From: a virus
Virus record (IMG/VR): IMGVR_UViG_3300028592_000008
Coordinates: 8,428 to 72,427 of that record
Strand: one strand, 5' to 3'
Length of the DNA stretch: 64,000 nucleotides
The position numbers and the translations under genes are program-made. The notes below the pieces were generated by a model. The model did not search any database. It saw only the letters and a list, made by a program, of their open reading frames with translations, and was not told the origin of the DNA. Every line of letters starts with the position of its first letter. Position 1 is the first letter of the stretch. Of the stretch, positions 47,176 to 55,852 are shown piece by piece.

Positions 47176-47994
47176 ATGCCGCAGTCATTCTTCTCGGACC
47201 TGCACAACCGGCTCGTCATCGACGACTCGAACTTCCAGAAGTACGTCCAGCCGGTGATCGACGGGGACGTACGGTTCCGCGGGTACAAGCCGCGCGACTG
47301 GAACGCGGAGCCGTACGGGTCGAGCGGCGTCGCGGTGCCGATGTCCATGCCGCTGATCCCCCGAACGGAGTGGGTCGAGCGGATCCGGGACATCAACAAG
47401 GCGAAGGGGCTGCTCAGCCAGCGGCGGAAGCAGGCCGGCATCGGTCCGTTCAACCAGCAGAACACGAACTTCTGCTGGGGCAACGGCGTCCTCAAGTGCT
47501 TCCAGATCCTCCGGATGCTGCAGGGGGAGGATTTCGTCGATCTCTCCCCGGCGTCCATCTGCTGCATGATCACGAACTTCCAGAACGTCGGGGGCTGGGG
47601 GACGCAGTTCCTCAAGTACCTGAACTTGAAGGGGGCGGTCCCGGCGCAGTTCTGGCCGCACAACGCGATCAACCGGAAGTACAACACCGCCGAGACGATG
47701 GCGATGCGGGCGAAGTTCCGCGTCCCGGACGGCGGGTGGTACGACATCGACCCCCGGCAGAGCTTCGATGCAACGATGACGCTGGTCCTGCTCGGGATCC
47801 CGGTTGCCGTGGCCTACAACTGGTGGGGGCACCTTGTCCTGGCGGAAGATCCAATCGTTGACAAGGACGGCCGCTTCGGTCTGGGCGAACTGAATTCGTG
47901 GGGGCCGTGGGGCGAGAATGGCGACGGGACGTTCGTCCTGATGGAAGGCAAGGGGACGCCTTCGGAAGCCGTGGCCCCGGCCCTCGCGGTCTGA
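47176..47994 (+). CDS. Papain-like (C1) cysteine peptidase
   Basis: NQQNTNFCW, LSP, WWGHLV, LNSWG catalytic motifs. Confidence 0.85.
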   Translation: MPQSFFSDLHNRLVIDDSNFQKYVQPVIDGDVRFRGYKPRDWNAEPYGSSGVAVPMSMPLIPRTEWVERIRDINKAKGLLSQRRKQAGIGPFNQQNTNFCWGNGVLKCFQILRMLQGEDFVDLSPASICCMITNFQNVGGWGTQFLKYLNLKGAVPAQFWPHNAINRKYNTAETMAMRAKFRVPDGGWYDIDPRQSFDATMTLVLLGIPVAVAYNWWGHLVLAEDPIVDKDGRFGLGELNSWGPWGENGDGTFVLMEGKGTPSEAVAPALAV

Positions 47995-47999
47995 AGTAC

Positions 48000-48073
48000 A
48001 CCCCGTTAGCTCAATCGGGAGAGCACCGGTCTCCAAAGCCGGCGGTTGCCAGGTTCGATTCCGGCACGGGGTG
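48000..48073 (+). tRNA. trnW: tRNA-Trp (CCA)
   Basis: ACCCCGT/ACGGGGT acceptor, CCGGT-CTCCAAA-GCCGG anticodon arm, G73; bulged T stem; no CCA end. Confidence 0.9.
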
Positions 48074-48103
48074 CTGAGTTCCTTTCTCTTTCGGAGGTTT
48101 GCG

Positions 48104-49087
48104 ATGTTGCGAAGGATGTTGTCTGGGCTCGTGATGGCCTGCGCGGGGCTGGTGTTTGGTGCGATCAGCGTGTCGACTCCGGGGCCGGGGGTCTCCGGCA
48201 ATCTCAGCGCCCGGGAGTACCAGCCGGCGGACACGATTGGTCAGTACCCGGTGAATCCCAACGTCACGGTCGCCGATGACGTCGTCAGTCAGGGGGAGGT
48301 GGCCCCGGCGGCGAACACCTTTCCCGGTGAGGTACAGCTCCAGGCAAACGCGGAGGGAGCGTCGCCGGGCGTCGCCGCCTCGAGCTCGCCGCAGGTCTCG
48401 GCAATCCATGCAGTTCGCGTCATCGGCCGCAGTTCCGATCCCCGCAGCTACGGGCAGCGGGCAGAAGCCGGAGGAACCGCCGTCGCCGTGAAGGCCGACA
48501 AGCTCCACACGGCAAGCCATCTGACAGCCAGGCTGATGCCCGGGTGGACGATCGAGGTCGAGGTCGACGGAAAGTGGGTGGCTGCGACGTATGCCGGGGT
48601 CCCGGGAAAGGACCTGGCCGTGCTGACGATCCCAAACGGAAGCCTGCAGGGGGTCCCGGTGCGGGAGCCGATCTACGGCGAGCGGCTGACAGTGTACGGC
48701 CTCAAGACGAAGTCCTTCTCTCAGGGGACATACGCTGGGGACATGAACAAAGCCATCGGAAGTGGGCACGTCCCGCTCGACGTCGGACAGGCCCCGGCAT
48801 TGGAAGGCGACAGCGGCGGCGGCGTCTTTGGGGATGACGGCGCTCTGGTCGGGACGATCAGTGGGAGCCCGGTGGACTCGCCGATGGTCGTCACGATGGT
48901 TCCGATCGTCAGTTCGCCCCCGGCCGCCGCGGCTGCACCGAAGCGAACGTCGAGCGTCTACGTCTCGGCGGACCTGGCTCCGTCTTCCGGGAACTGCGTG
49001 AACGGGGTATGCTCGGCGCCACCCCAGCAGATGTACCAGCCCACCTTCGGGAAGCAGCGGCGGGGGGGCTTCGGCTTCAAGAAGTAA
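48104..49087 (+). CDS. Secreted trypsin-like serine protease
   Basis: Signal peptide; TASHL, DLAVL, GDSGGG triad. Confidence 0.88.
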   Translation: MLRRMLSGLVMACAGLVFGAISVSTPGPGVSGNLSAREYQPADTIGQYPVNPNVTVADDVVSQGEVAPAANTFPGEVQLQANAEGASPGVAASSSPQVSAIHAVRVIGRSSDPRSYGQRAEAGGTAVAVKADKLHTASHLTARLMPGWTIEVEVDGKWVAATYAGVPGKDLAVLTIPNGSLQGVPVREPIYGERLTVYGLKTKSFSQGTYAGDMNKAIGSGHVPLDVGQAPALEGDSGGGVFGDDGALVGTISGSPVDSPMVVTMVPIVSSPPAAAAAPKRTSSVYVSADLAPSSGNCVNGVCSAPPQQMYQPTFGKQRRGGFGFKK

Positions 49088-49530
49088 TGTCCGCCACACG
49101 GCTCGATTCAAAGCAAGCCGCGGTTGCCCGGGATTGGATCCCTCGGGTGATCGCGGCTTGTTCCTCTTCCGGGGCTCAGTTCGGCGGCGCGGGGTTCAAG
49201 CTGTTTGGGCTCCCGGCGCCGCAGCGGGTGGCCGGGGCGGTGATCCTCGAGCTCATGTTCGGGGAGATCCGGCTGACGGACCAGTGGTTCCTCGATTGGG
49301 CGGCGGGGAAGCCGGTGCCGGTCGGGTCGCACACGATCGAGTTCCCGAAGCCGATGCCGATGCTGAAAACGCTGGCCGGCGGGGTGCGGCTGCAGTGGGA
49401 GGAGTCGCCGCGGATCGTCACGAACTTCGCGACCCGGCTGGTGGGAGTAGCCATCGCACACATCGACGCATATCCTTCCCGTGCTGTTGCTGTCATCGAA
49501 CGGGGTCCGGACCAAGTCTGGGAGTGGTAA
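49087..49530 (+). CDS. Hypothetical protein
   Basis: TAATG coupling. Confidence 0.6.
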   Translation: MSATRLDSKQAAVARDWIPRVIAACSSSGAQFGGAGFKLFGLPAPQRVAGAVILELMFGEIRLTDQWFLDWAAGKPVPVGSHTIEFPKPMPMLKTLAGGVRLQWEESPRIVTNFATRLVGVAIAHIDAYPSRAVAVIERGPDQVWEW

Positions 49531-49531
49531 A

Positions 49532-49795
49532 ATGTCGCGGGATATGCATGTTCTCGTGTTCGCTTTCGCTGTTTGCGTGGTCGCGTGGAGGCACAACGAC
49601 CGGGTCGACGCGCTCGAGAAGGCGGAGACGGCCAGGGCGGCGGCCGAGGCCCGGCAGAAGGAGCCGGCCCTCGAGCACAGGCTGACCCGTGTCGAGCGGC
49701 AGATCATCATCCTCCAGCCGGTGATCGACGCGATCCATGGTGACGCGGAGAGTGTCCCGGAGCCGGCGGCAGATCCGAAGGGGGTAGAGCTGTGA
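49532..49795 (+). CDS. Membrane-anchored coiled-coil protein
   Basis: N-terminal TM then heptads. Confidence 0.55.
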   Translation: MSRDMHVLVFAFAVCVVAWRHNDRVDALEKAETARAAAEARQKEPALEHRLTRVERQIIILQPVIDAIHGDAESVPEPAADPKGVEL

Positions 49796-50139
49796 ACTTG
49801 AGACGCAGGATGTTGCGGGCTGGGCGGCGGTCGTCGAAGTCGATGATGACGCTCTTGGAACTGGAGAAGGCCGGGGCGGTCAAGCCGGAGGAGCCGGAAC
49901 CGCCGCGGCAGATCCTTCCTAAGCTGGTCATGGATATGGCGAACGACCGCATCCGTGGCGGGGCGTCGACGGCGGAGGCCCGGCAGTTCATCCTCGAGAT
50001 GACGAAACCGGAGGGAGGCGAGCATGAAGGTCCGGGAGTGGAAGATCGTCAACCCGGTGTACCACTACGTCATCCTCATCAGGCAAGGCGGGACGCTGAA
50101 GCAGGCGATCGCGTGGGCGAAGAAGAAGTTGGGGTGTGA
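49792..50139 (+). CDS. Hypothetical protein
   Basis: GTGA coupling. Confidence 0.5.
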   Translation: MNLRRRMLRAGRRSSKSMMTLLELEKAGAVKPEEPEPPRQILPKLVMDMANDRIRGGASTAEARQFILEMTKPEGGEHEGPGVEDRQPGVPLRHPHQARRDAEAGDRVGEEEVGV

Positions 50140-50377
50140 GTTCCGGATTAAGGGGCATGTGACTGTCGGCCGGATCTTCATCAAGGATGACGAGATCACG
50201 CACTGCATCTGGTTCCCGGAGAAGCCCGGGGGCGGGACGGTGGCGCACGAGGCGTACCACTCGATCATGCACGTCATGGAGTCCGTTGGCATGGAGCGGC
50301 CGACGCGGGAGAACGAGGAGGCCTACGCCTATCTGTTGGCGTGGACAGTGATTGAAATCGGGAGGCTGCTCTGGTGA
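50024..50377 (+). CDS. Small HExxH zincin-like protein
   Basis: VAHEAYH...EEAYAYL. Confidence 0.7.
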   Translation: MKVREWKIVNPVYHYVILIRQGGTLKQAIAWAKKKLGCEFRIKGHVTVGRIFIKDDEITHCIWFPEKPGGGTVAHEAYHSIMHVMESVGMERPTRENEEAYAYLLAWTVIEIGRLLW

Positions 50378-50563
50378 CGCACGGACTCTTTTCACCGGAG
50401 CTCGCCGAGAAGTGGAAGCGGGCCGATCTCGCCGAGAGTCTCCGGTGCCATCGAGTGTGGACGGGGATCGCCACGGGCCGGATTCGCCAAGTGAAGCATG
50501 ACCCGCCTTGCACGGTGCAGGACGGGAAGATTTCGTGCCGGTCATTCCCGGCGGGAGGTTGAG

Positions 50564-51001
50564 ATGGAACGACGCGGGTTTCTGAGGACGATGGCGGCGG
50601 TGGCGCTCGGGGCCCTCGGCTTCCGGGCAGCGAAGGGGGCGAATGGAACGCACCATGAATACTCCGCTTCGCATGTTCGGCCGTACCAGCCGAGCGCCGC
50701 TGGGGGCGACTTCGGAGGTTGGAATTGCAAGACCTACATCCCGGACAAGGAGTGGTTCGAGATGCGAAAGCTCCCGGCCGGGTATTCATGGAAGAGGTGG
50801 GTCGGGAAGTGCCAGTTGCTTTGCCACCCGGACCGCCGCATGGTGGAGATCCGCTTCAACCGGATCGAGGACTCGCCGATGCTGGATCAGCTATGCGGGT
50901 TCTACGTCGTCCGGATCGACGAGTTCGTTCGTCGGCACGTCTACCGATTCCCCAGGGGCGGCCAGTCCGAGTGGGGGCCTGGCTGGCACCGTCCGGAGTA
51001 A
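50564..51001 (+). CDS. Protein with twin-arginine signal peptide
   Basis: MERRGFLRTMAAVALGALG; GGAGG RBS. Confidence 0.6.
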   Translation: MERRGFLRTMAAVALGALGFRAAKGANGTHHEYSASHVRPYQPSAAGGDFGGWNCKTYIPDKEWFEMRKLPAGYSWKRWVGKCQLLCHPDRRMVEIRFNRIEDSPMLDQLCGFYVVRIDEFVRRHVYRFPRGGQSEWGPGWHRPE

Positions 51002-51118
51002 GGTGGCCTTGCCATGCATGAGGGGGTGACGTAGACTTCCGCCGCTCGGTGTCGAATGCCCGGTGGGAGTACAGGTTAGTTCCTCTCGCCAAGCCCTTGT
51101 CGACCATGAGCCCCTCCA

Positions 51119-51148
51119 AAGCCGCCCGATCTGGGCGGCTTCTTTTTT
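51119..51148 (+). terminator. Rho-independent terminator
   Basis: AAGCCGCCC-GATCT-GGGCGGCTT followed by CTTTTTT. Confidence 0.85.
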
Positions 51149-51160
51149 GCCCGGGCGTTC

Positions 51161-51188
51161 TTGACGCTCCGGGAACCGGCGATAGAGT
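51161..51188 (+). promoter_or_regulatory. Sigma70-like promoter
   Basis: TTGACG-16 nt-TAGAGT just after the terminator. Confidence 0.55.
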
Positions 51189-51343
51189 TGCCGCGCCGGC
51201 GCGATGCCATCCCTTCAGCAAGGAACCATTGCACTAAGCGTGGAAGGTGGGGCCAGACTGGTTTGGTGGCTTACGTCCCATGTTCGCCAGTCCGCCCTGC
51301 CTTCCTCGCCGGCGCTGAAGCTGAAAAACGAACGGGTGACATC

Positions 51344-52078
51344 TTGGAACTGATCGACAGGGAGGCCCGGCTGGGTCTCGAGAAACGGCGTGCCATCTAT
51401 TCCGCGGACGAGCGGTTCCGGTACGCGCTGCACATCGAATTCGGGGACGACCTGTTCCCGGGAGTGAGCCCCTCCTACGTCGCGTACATCGGCCTCAATC
51501 CATCGACCGCCACAGAGAACGAGGACGACCCGACCGTCAGGCGGTGCAAGGAGCGGGCGCGGCGGATGGGGTTCGGCGGGATGGTGATGCTGAACCTCTA
51601 CGCCTTCCGGGACACTGATCCCCGGAAGCTCAAGGAGGCGGGGTATCCCGTGGGCCCGGCGAATGACCGAACTGTCCGAGCTGTCTGCGAAGAGGCCGGG
51701 ATGGTTATCCTTGCCTACGGTCAGCTTGGCGAGGCGGAGCGGGTGAAGGCCCTCTTGAGCGTGCTCGAGGGGATTCCTTGCCACTGCCTCGGGGTGACTC
51801 AGTCGGGGCGGCCGAAGCATCCGCTCTATCTGTCGTACGACGTCAAACCAGTCCCTTACGAGTTTGGAGCCGGCGATGCGGTCGATCGAAGAGATTCAGG
51901 CGCAGCTCGTGGCGAGCTACGGGTCGGAGAAGACGACGTCGTCGATGGCGGCGGCGAACAGCGCGTCCCGGGAAGGGGTGGCGATTGTCATGGCGATCGC
52001 GGAGAAGGAAGGTTTCTCTGGGGATCGCTCCCGGCGGACGAATCGCAAGCTGAATCGGGAGATGTCCCATCGGTATGA
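51344..52078 (+). CDS. DUF1643 family protein
   Basis: RFRYAL, IGLNPSTA, DDPTVRRC, NLYAFR, PKHPLY. Confidence 0.92.
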   Translation: MELIDREARLGLEKRRAIYSADERFRYALHIEFGDDLFPGVSPSYVAYIGLNPSTATENEDDPTVRRCKERARRMGFGGMVMLNLYAFRDTDPRKLKEAGYPVGPANDRTVRAVCEEAGMVILAYGQLGEAERVKALLSVLEGIPCHCLGVTQSGRPKHPLYLSYDVKPVPYEFGAGDAVDRRDSGAARGELRVGEDDVVDGGGEQRVPGRGGDCHGDRGEGRFLWGSLPADESQAESGDVPSV

Positions 52079-52259
52079 CGCGGCGAAGGGGGCGTTCCTC
52101 GATGCCGAGCGAGTCCGTTACGGGATGATCGGCGGGAGTTGGCTGGCCTCGATGGGGCTATGGTTCGCCTGGGTGGCGCTCCGGACCGTGCTGACGGAAC
52201 TGTTCGATGCGTATTGGGAAGAGCAGCAGGTCGCCCGCGGGATCGAGGTGCTCGACTGA
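51876..52259 (+). CDS. Hypothetical membrane protein
   Basis: GGAG RBS; hydrophobic segment near C-terminus. Confidence 0.55.
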   Translation: MRSIEEIQAQLVASYGSEKTTSSMAAANSASREGVAIVMAIAEKEGFSGDRSRRTNRKLNREMSHRYDAAKGAFLDAERVRYGMIGGSWLASMGLWFAWVALRTVLTELFDAYWEEQQVARGIEVLD

Positions 52260-52630
52260 TGCGAGTCACCCCTCGGCAGCGCGAGGCGGCGGCGGACATG
52301 ATCCTGGAGCTGGAGGGAACCCGGCTGCAGGTGGCGAAGATCCCGTCCGGGGACGGCTACATCCGGGTCGTCCTGCAGGAGAATCCCCGGTGGTACTGCA
52401 AGTTGTGCGCGGAGCACCTTTCCGTCCGGCGACGGTTTCCGCGGCCTCGGCCGTTCATCAAGCGGCGAGACACGCTGAATGCCTTGCGACGGATCTCTGA
52501 AGGTCATGCGAATCCCGGCGGGGCGTACTTCGAACGGTTGATGCCGCTGGTCCGGAAGCGGGCGTTGGAGCTGAGGCGGCGGCCGGTTGTCGAGCTGGCC
52601 CCGGCAATGGAGGCGGTTTATGACTGGTGA
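52259..52630 (+). CDS. Hypothetical basic protein
   Basis: TGATG coupling. Confidence 0.55.
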   Translation: MRVTPRQREAAADMILELEGTRLQVAKIPSGDGYIRVVLQENPRWYCKLCAEHLSVRRRFPRPRPFIKRRDTLNALRRISEGHANPGGAYFERLMPLVRKRALELRRRPVVELAPAMEAVYDW

Positions 52631-53324
52631 CCAGATGATCGTGATGCCGTCGAACAACAAGAAGATGGAGGTTGGCTACATGGCGGGGAAGTATCCCGGC
52701 CGGGTCGGTCACCTTTACGCCCCCGGGGGCTACCCGGCGACGCCGTACGGAGACTGGCTGCCGTACGCGCTCGACAACGGGATGTTCGGGGCGTTCCTGA
52801 AGACGCAGGAGTTCGGCAAGACTCAGCGGGAGTGGTGGCCGGAGCACGACTTCGACCGGATGGTCGCGCAAATGTGCTCGTTCAGCCAGAAGCCCCGGTG
52901 GATCGTCGTTCCGGACTGCGTTTGCGATCCTGGCGAAACGCTCCGAATGTGGGCTGAGTTCGCCCCGAAGCTCCGGAAGTACGGGGTCCCGCTGGCGATC
53001 GCCGTCCAGGACGGGATGACGGTGGCCGATGTCCCCGGGGACGCGGACGTCGTCTTCGTGGGCGGCTCGACGGAATGGAAGTGGTGCTACTTCGACGTCT
53101 GGCCTCGCGCGGGTTTCCGGACGCACGTCGGCCGGGTCAATTCGTATCGCTATCTCGTCGACTGCCACAAGGCGGGGATCGAGTCCGTCGACGGGACGGG
53201 GTGGTTCCGCGGGGACCAGAAGCAGGTCCGCGGGCTCCGGGCGTATCTCGAGCAAGCCGCCAACGACAATTTCGGCCCGGAACAGATGACGCTGTTCCAA
53301 GCCACGGAGTTCTCGAATGTCTAG
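52620..53324 (+). CDS. TGT-fold / DpdA-like putative DNA base-exchange enzyme
   Basis: ALDNG, VVPD, AVQDG, FVGGS, HVGRVN, SVDGT motifs. Confidence 0.7.
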   Translation: MTGDQMIVMPSNNKKMEVGYMAGKYPGRVGHLYAPGGYPATPYGDWLPYALDNGMFGAFLKTQEFGKTQREWWPEHDFDRMVAQMCSFSQKPRWIVVPDCVCDPGETLRMWAEFAPKLRKYGVPLAIAVQDGMTVADVPGDADVVFVGGSTEWKWCYFDVWPRAGFRTHVGRVNSYRYLVDCHKAGIESVDGTGWFRGDQKQVRGLRAYLEQAANDNFGPEQMTLFQATEFSNV

Positions 53325-53586
53325 CTACCAGAGCATCCTCGAGCGCGAGTGCGGCTACAACACCTGCCCGCCGCCGCGCACAGAGTTTTTCCCAAAGCTG
53401 GAGCCGGTTCTGCAGAAGGGGACGATGGCCGAACATCTGGGCGTCGATCTTGCTCCGGAGCTCGCCGGAGGTACGCCCAATGAGTTCATTGAAGTCGTTT
53501 TGCCTGTCCGTCCGCGCCGAATTGCCATGCTTCCCGGGGACCGGCCACACCTTCACCCTCGCGATCACGGCCCGGACGGAGCTTGA
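53317..53586 (+). CDS. Hypothetical protein
   Basis: 89-aa ORF with GGAG RBS. Confidence 0.4.
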   Translation: MSSYQSILERECGYNTCPPPRTEFFPKLEPVLQKGTMAEHLGVDLAPELAGGTPNEFIEVVLPVRPRRIAMLPGDRPHLHPRDHGPDGA

Positions 53587-53681
53587 GGCGATCCAAATTG
53601 CCCAGCGTCGCCGGCTCACTGTGTTGGCGGTGATCTGACGGGACTGGTAGCATTGCACCCGGCTTTCAACTGGAGGGTGCG

Positions 53682-55841
53682 ATGGCGAGCTATCCCGGAT
53701 CTGCAATGCGTGGTTACCCGAACCGGGCCGGCGTCCCCAAGTTGGGGGGCGTTCGCCGTGGCGGCCGTTCGACCGGAGTGGGCGGGAATGCGATGCTCGG
53801 CCGGCGTCGGTTCGCGGGTCCGATGACGGAATACGATCAGGAGTCGGACGGGTTCATCGGCGACCCGGGACCGTCGTTCCGTCAGAGTGGGGCTGATCGG
53901 TACATGCCGATGGGCAGTTACGGCTACGCTTCTGGCGCGTCCAAGTTCGACACTGGCCCTCTCGGGTACGGGTACAACAGTGATCCGGCCCGGGTCATCA
54001 GCACGATGGCCGGGCGTCCCCGGCTTGACGAACAGCTCCAGCGTGGGCAGGGCGTGCTCGACGAGGCGAATGCGGCTTACGGTCGCATGATGGCTCCGCG
54101 GTACGACTCTGGCCCGGGGCAGGCGTTCTACAGCATTCCGGCTGCACCGCTGCGTCGACGATTTCAGGGGCCCCAGACGGCACAAGATGCACAGTTCGAC
54201 GTCCCGCAGAAAGACTCTATCGCCTTTCCGGGATTCAATGGTTATGACACTACGGCGGCGGATCGGCAGAACTACGCCTTTCCGGACCCCGGCGGAGGCG
54301 TTTACGGAGACCCTTTTTCGATCGCCACTGCTCAACAGTATCCCTTGGGTGGTATTCGTGGCGTGAACGCTCCCCCTGTCACATTGGCTGGGCGTTCTGT
54401 TCGTTCCACAAATCGCTCCGCCACCCCACCGGCACCGGGTGCTGTCCCGCCGTCCGCTCCGATCCGACTGAACGGGGTTGGCGGCGCGATGGGCGGGCAG
54501 GGGTCGATGCTGGCTCCCCCGGCGGGACCGATGCAGTCCGTGCCGCCGATCGGTTCGCCGATCACTCCTCAGCAGGGCTGGTGGGATTCGATGTTCCGTC
54601 CCGGGCCGGCGATGCAGGCCTCTCCGGGCGTAATGCCGAATCAGGGCAGCGGGTTCAGCCCCTCGCGCGGCATGACGCGGATGGGCGATCCGTACGACCT
54701 GGCGATGCAGGGCGTGCAGAACGTCCGGGAGCGATTCCGCGGCTACGTCCCGCAGCCGTACGTCTCTCCCCCTCCGCCGCCGACGCCTGGCACTCCGTTC
54801 GATGCGGGTCGGGGCGGGTACGGTTTCGGCGGTCCGCCGCAGCCGTCGCCTGTTGCACCGTACGGTGCAGGTGGGGCGGGTGACGTGATGGAGCGGTCCC
54901 GGATGCCGAGTCAGCCGGTCGACGGCCGGTACGCTGTCGCTCCACGGGGGCAGTATGCGCAGGGCGGACGGTACGTTCAGCCAGGCCCGGCGGGTCGGTC
55001 TCAGTCGGCGGCAGTCCCGGACACGCGGAGCATCCCTGGGATCGGCCCGGATGGAACGGGTTTCATGATGATCGGCGGCCGGCGGCGTCAGTTCGTACAG
55101 CTCCCGGGACGGGACACTCCGACCATGGTCCCGGACGGCATGATGGTGCGGCAGAATCCGGACGGCGGGATGGAGATCGTCGACGCGCAGGGGAATGTCG
55201 ACCCGCGGTACAACCGCGCTCTCCCGGGCTCGGCTGTCGACGGGCAGGTCCGCGGCGGCATCGTGAATCCGGTCATGCGAACCGCGAACGCCGCGGGGCA
55301 GTACGTCCCGGTGGGGGCGATTCCGCCGGAGGAGTGGGCGTATCGCCGGACGGCGGCTCGAGCAGCGAGGGAGGAACGGGCGGCGTCCCGGCAGCAGTCG
55401 CTCACTCAAAATCGTTTCCCGGGAAACGGCGGCGGGTTTGGGGCAATGAATCCATTCACGTCGGACGCCTCCCCTCCTGGCCCGGAGGTTGCCAGCGCGG
55501 ACGCTGGGGCTCCCCCGCCGCCGGCTCTGACCGCGGAGAACAATCCGATCACGATGGCGGTTGCGTCCGCAATGCGAATCCCTGGGTTGGCTGGGAATCC
55601 GACCCGGATGCGGCAGTTCCTTGTCGCTCAAGGGTTCCCGGAACAGGAAGTCGACGCCTGGATCGCGGCGCAGGAATCCGACATGAGCGGTCCGTGGGAC
55701 TCGACGTTCGGTCGGATGACGAACAGCGCGTTCCGGCGACGTTGGGGGAGCCAGCGGGGATCGTTTATTCCTGGGCAGGCCCCAGCTGCACCGTCGCGGC
55801 CCGGAGGCTACATCCAGAGCTACGGCATGGGACAGCGTTGA
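53682..55841 (+). CDS. Gly/Pro/Met/Arg-rich disordered protein, probable internal virion protein (palindrome copy 9 at 55413-55428)
   Basis: 719 aa, GGAGG RBS, low complexity, precedes giant gene. Confidence 0.65.
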   Translation: MASYPGSAMRGYPNRAGVPKLGGVRRGGRSTGVGGNAMLGRRRFAGPMTEYDQESDGFIGDPGPSFRQSGADRYMPMGSYGYASGASKFDTGPLGYGYNSDPARVISTMAGRPRLDEQLQRGQGVLDEANAAYGRMMAPRYDSGPGQAFYSIPAAPLRRRFQGPQTAQDAQFDVPQKDSIAFPGFNGYDTTAADRQNYAFPDPGGGVYGDPFSIATAQQYPLGGIRGVNAPPVTLAGRSVRSTNRSATPPAPGAVPPSAPIRLNGVGGAMGGQGSMLAPPAGPMQSVPPIGSPITPQQGWWDSMFRPGPAMQASPGVMPNQGSGFSPSRGMTRMGDPYDLAMQGVQNVRERFRGYVPQPYVSPPPPPTPGTPFDAGRGGYGFGGPPQPSPVAPYGAGGAGDVMERSRMPSQPVDGRYAVAPRGQYAQGGRYVQPGPAGRSQSAAVPDTRSIPGIGPDGTGFMMIGGRRRQFVQLPGRDTPTMVPDGMMVRQNPDGGMEIVDAQGNVDPRYNRALPGSAVDGQVRGGIVNPVMRTANAAGQYVPVGAIPPEEWAYRRTAARAAREERAASRQQSLTQNRFPGNGGGFGAMNPFTSDASPPGPEVASADAGAPPPPALTAENNPITMAVASAMRIPGLAGNPTRMRQFLVAQGFPEQEVDAWIAAQESDMSGPWDSTFGRMTNSAFRRRWGSQRGSFIPGQAPAAPSRPGGYIQSYGMGQR

Positions 55842-55852
55842 AAGGGTGAGCG

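Noticed and set aside
48000-48073. tRNA-Trp as evidence of TGA recoding or as an attP site
   Set aside because: Anticodon is standard CCA, TGA is used as stop in many coupled genes, and no active integrase or duplicated 3' end is seen
51226-51235. CCATTGCACT resembling the U1A-binding loop
   Set aside because: Short chance match, irrelevant in a bacteriophage
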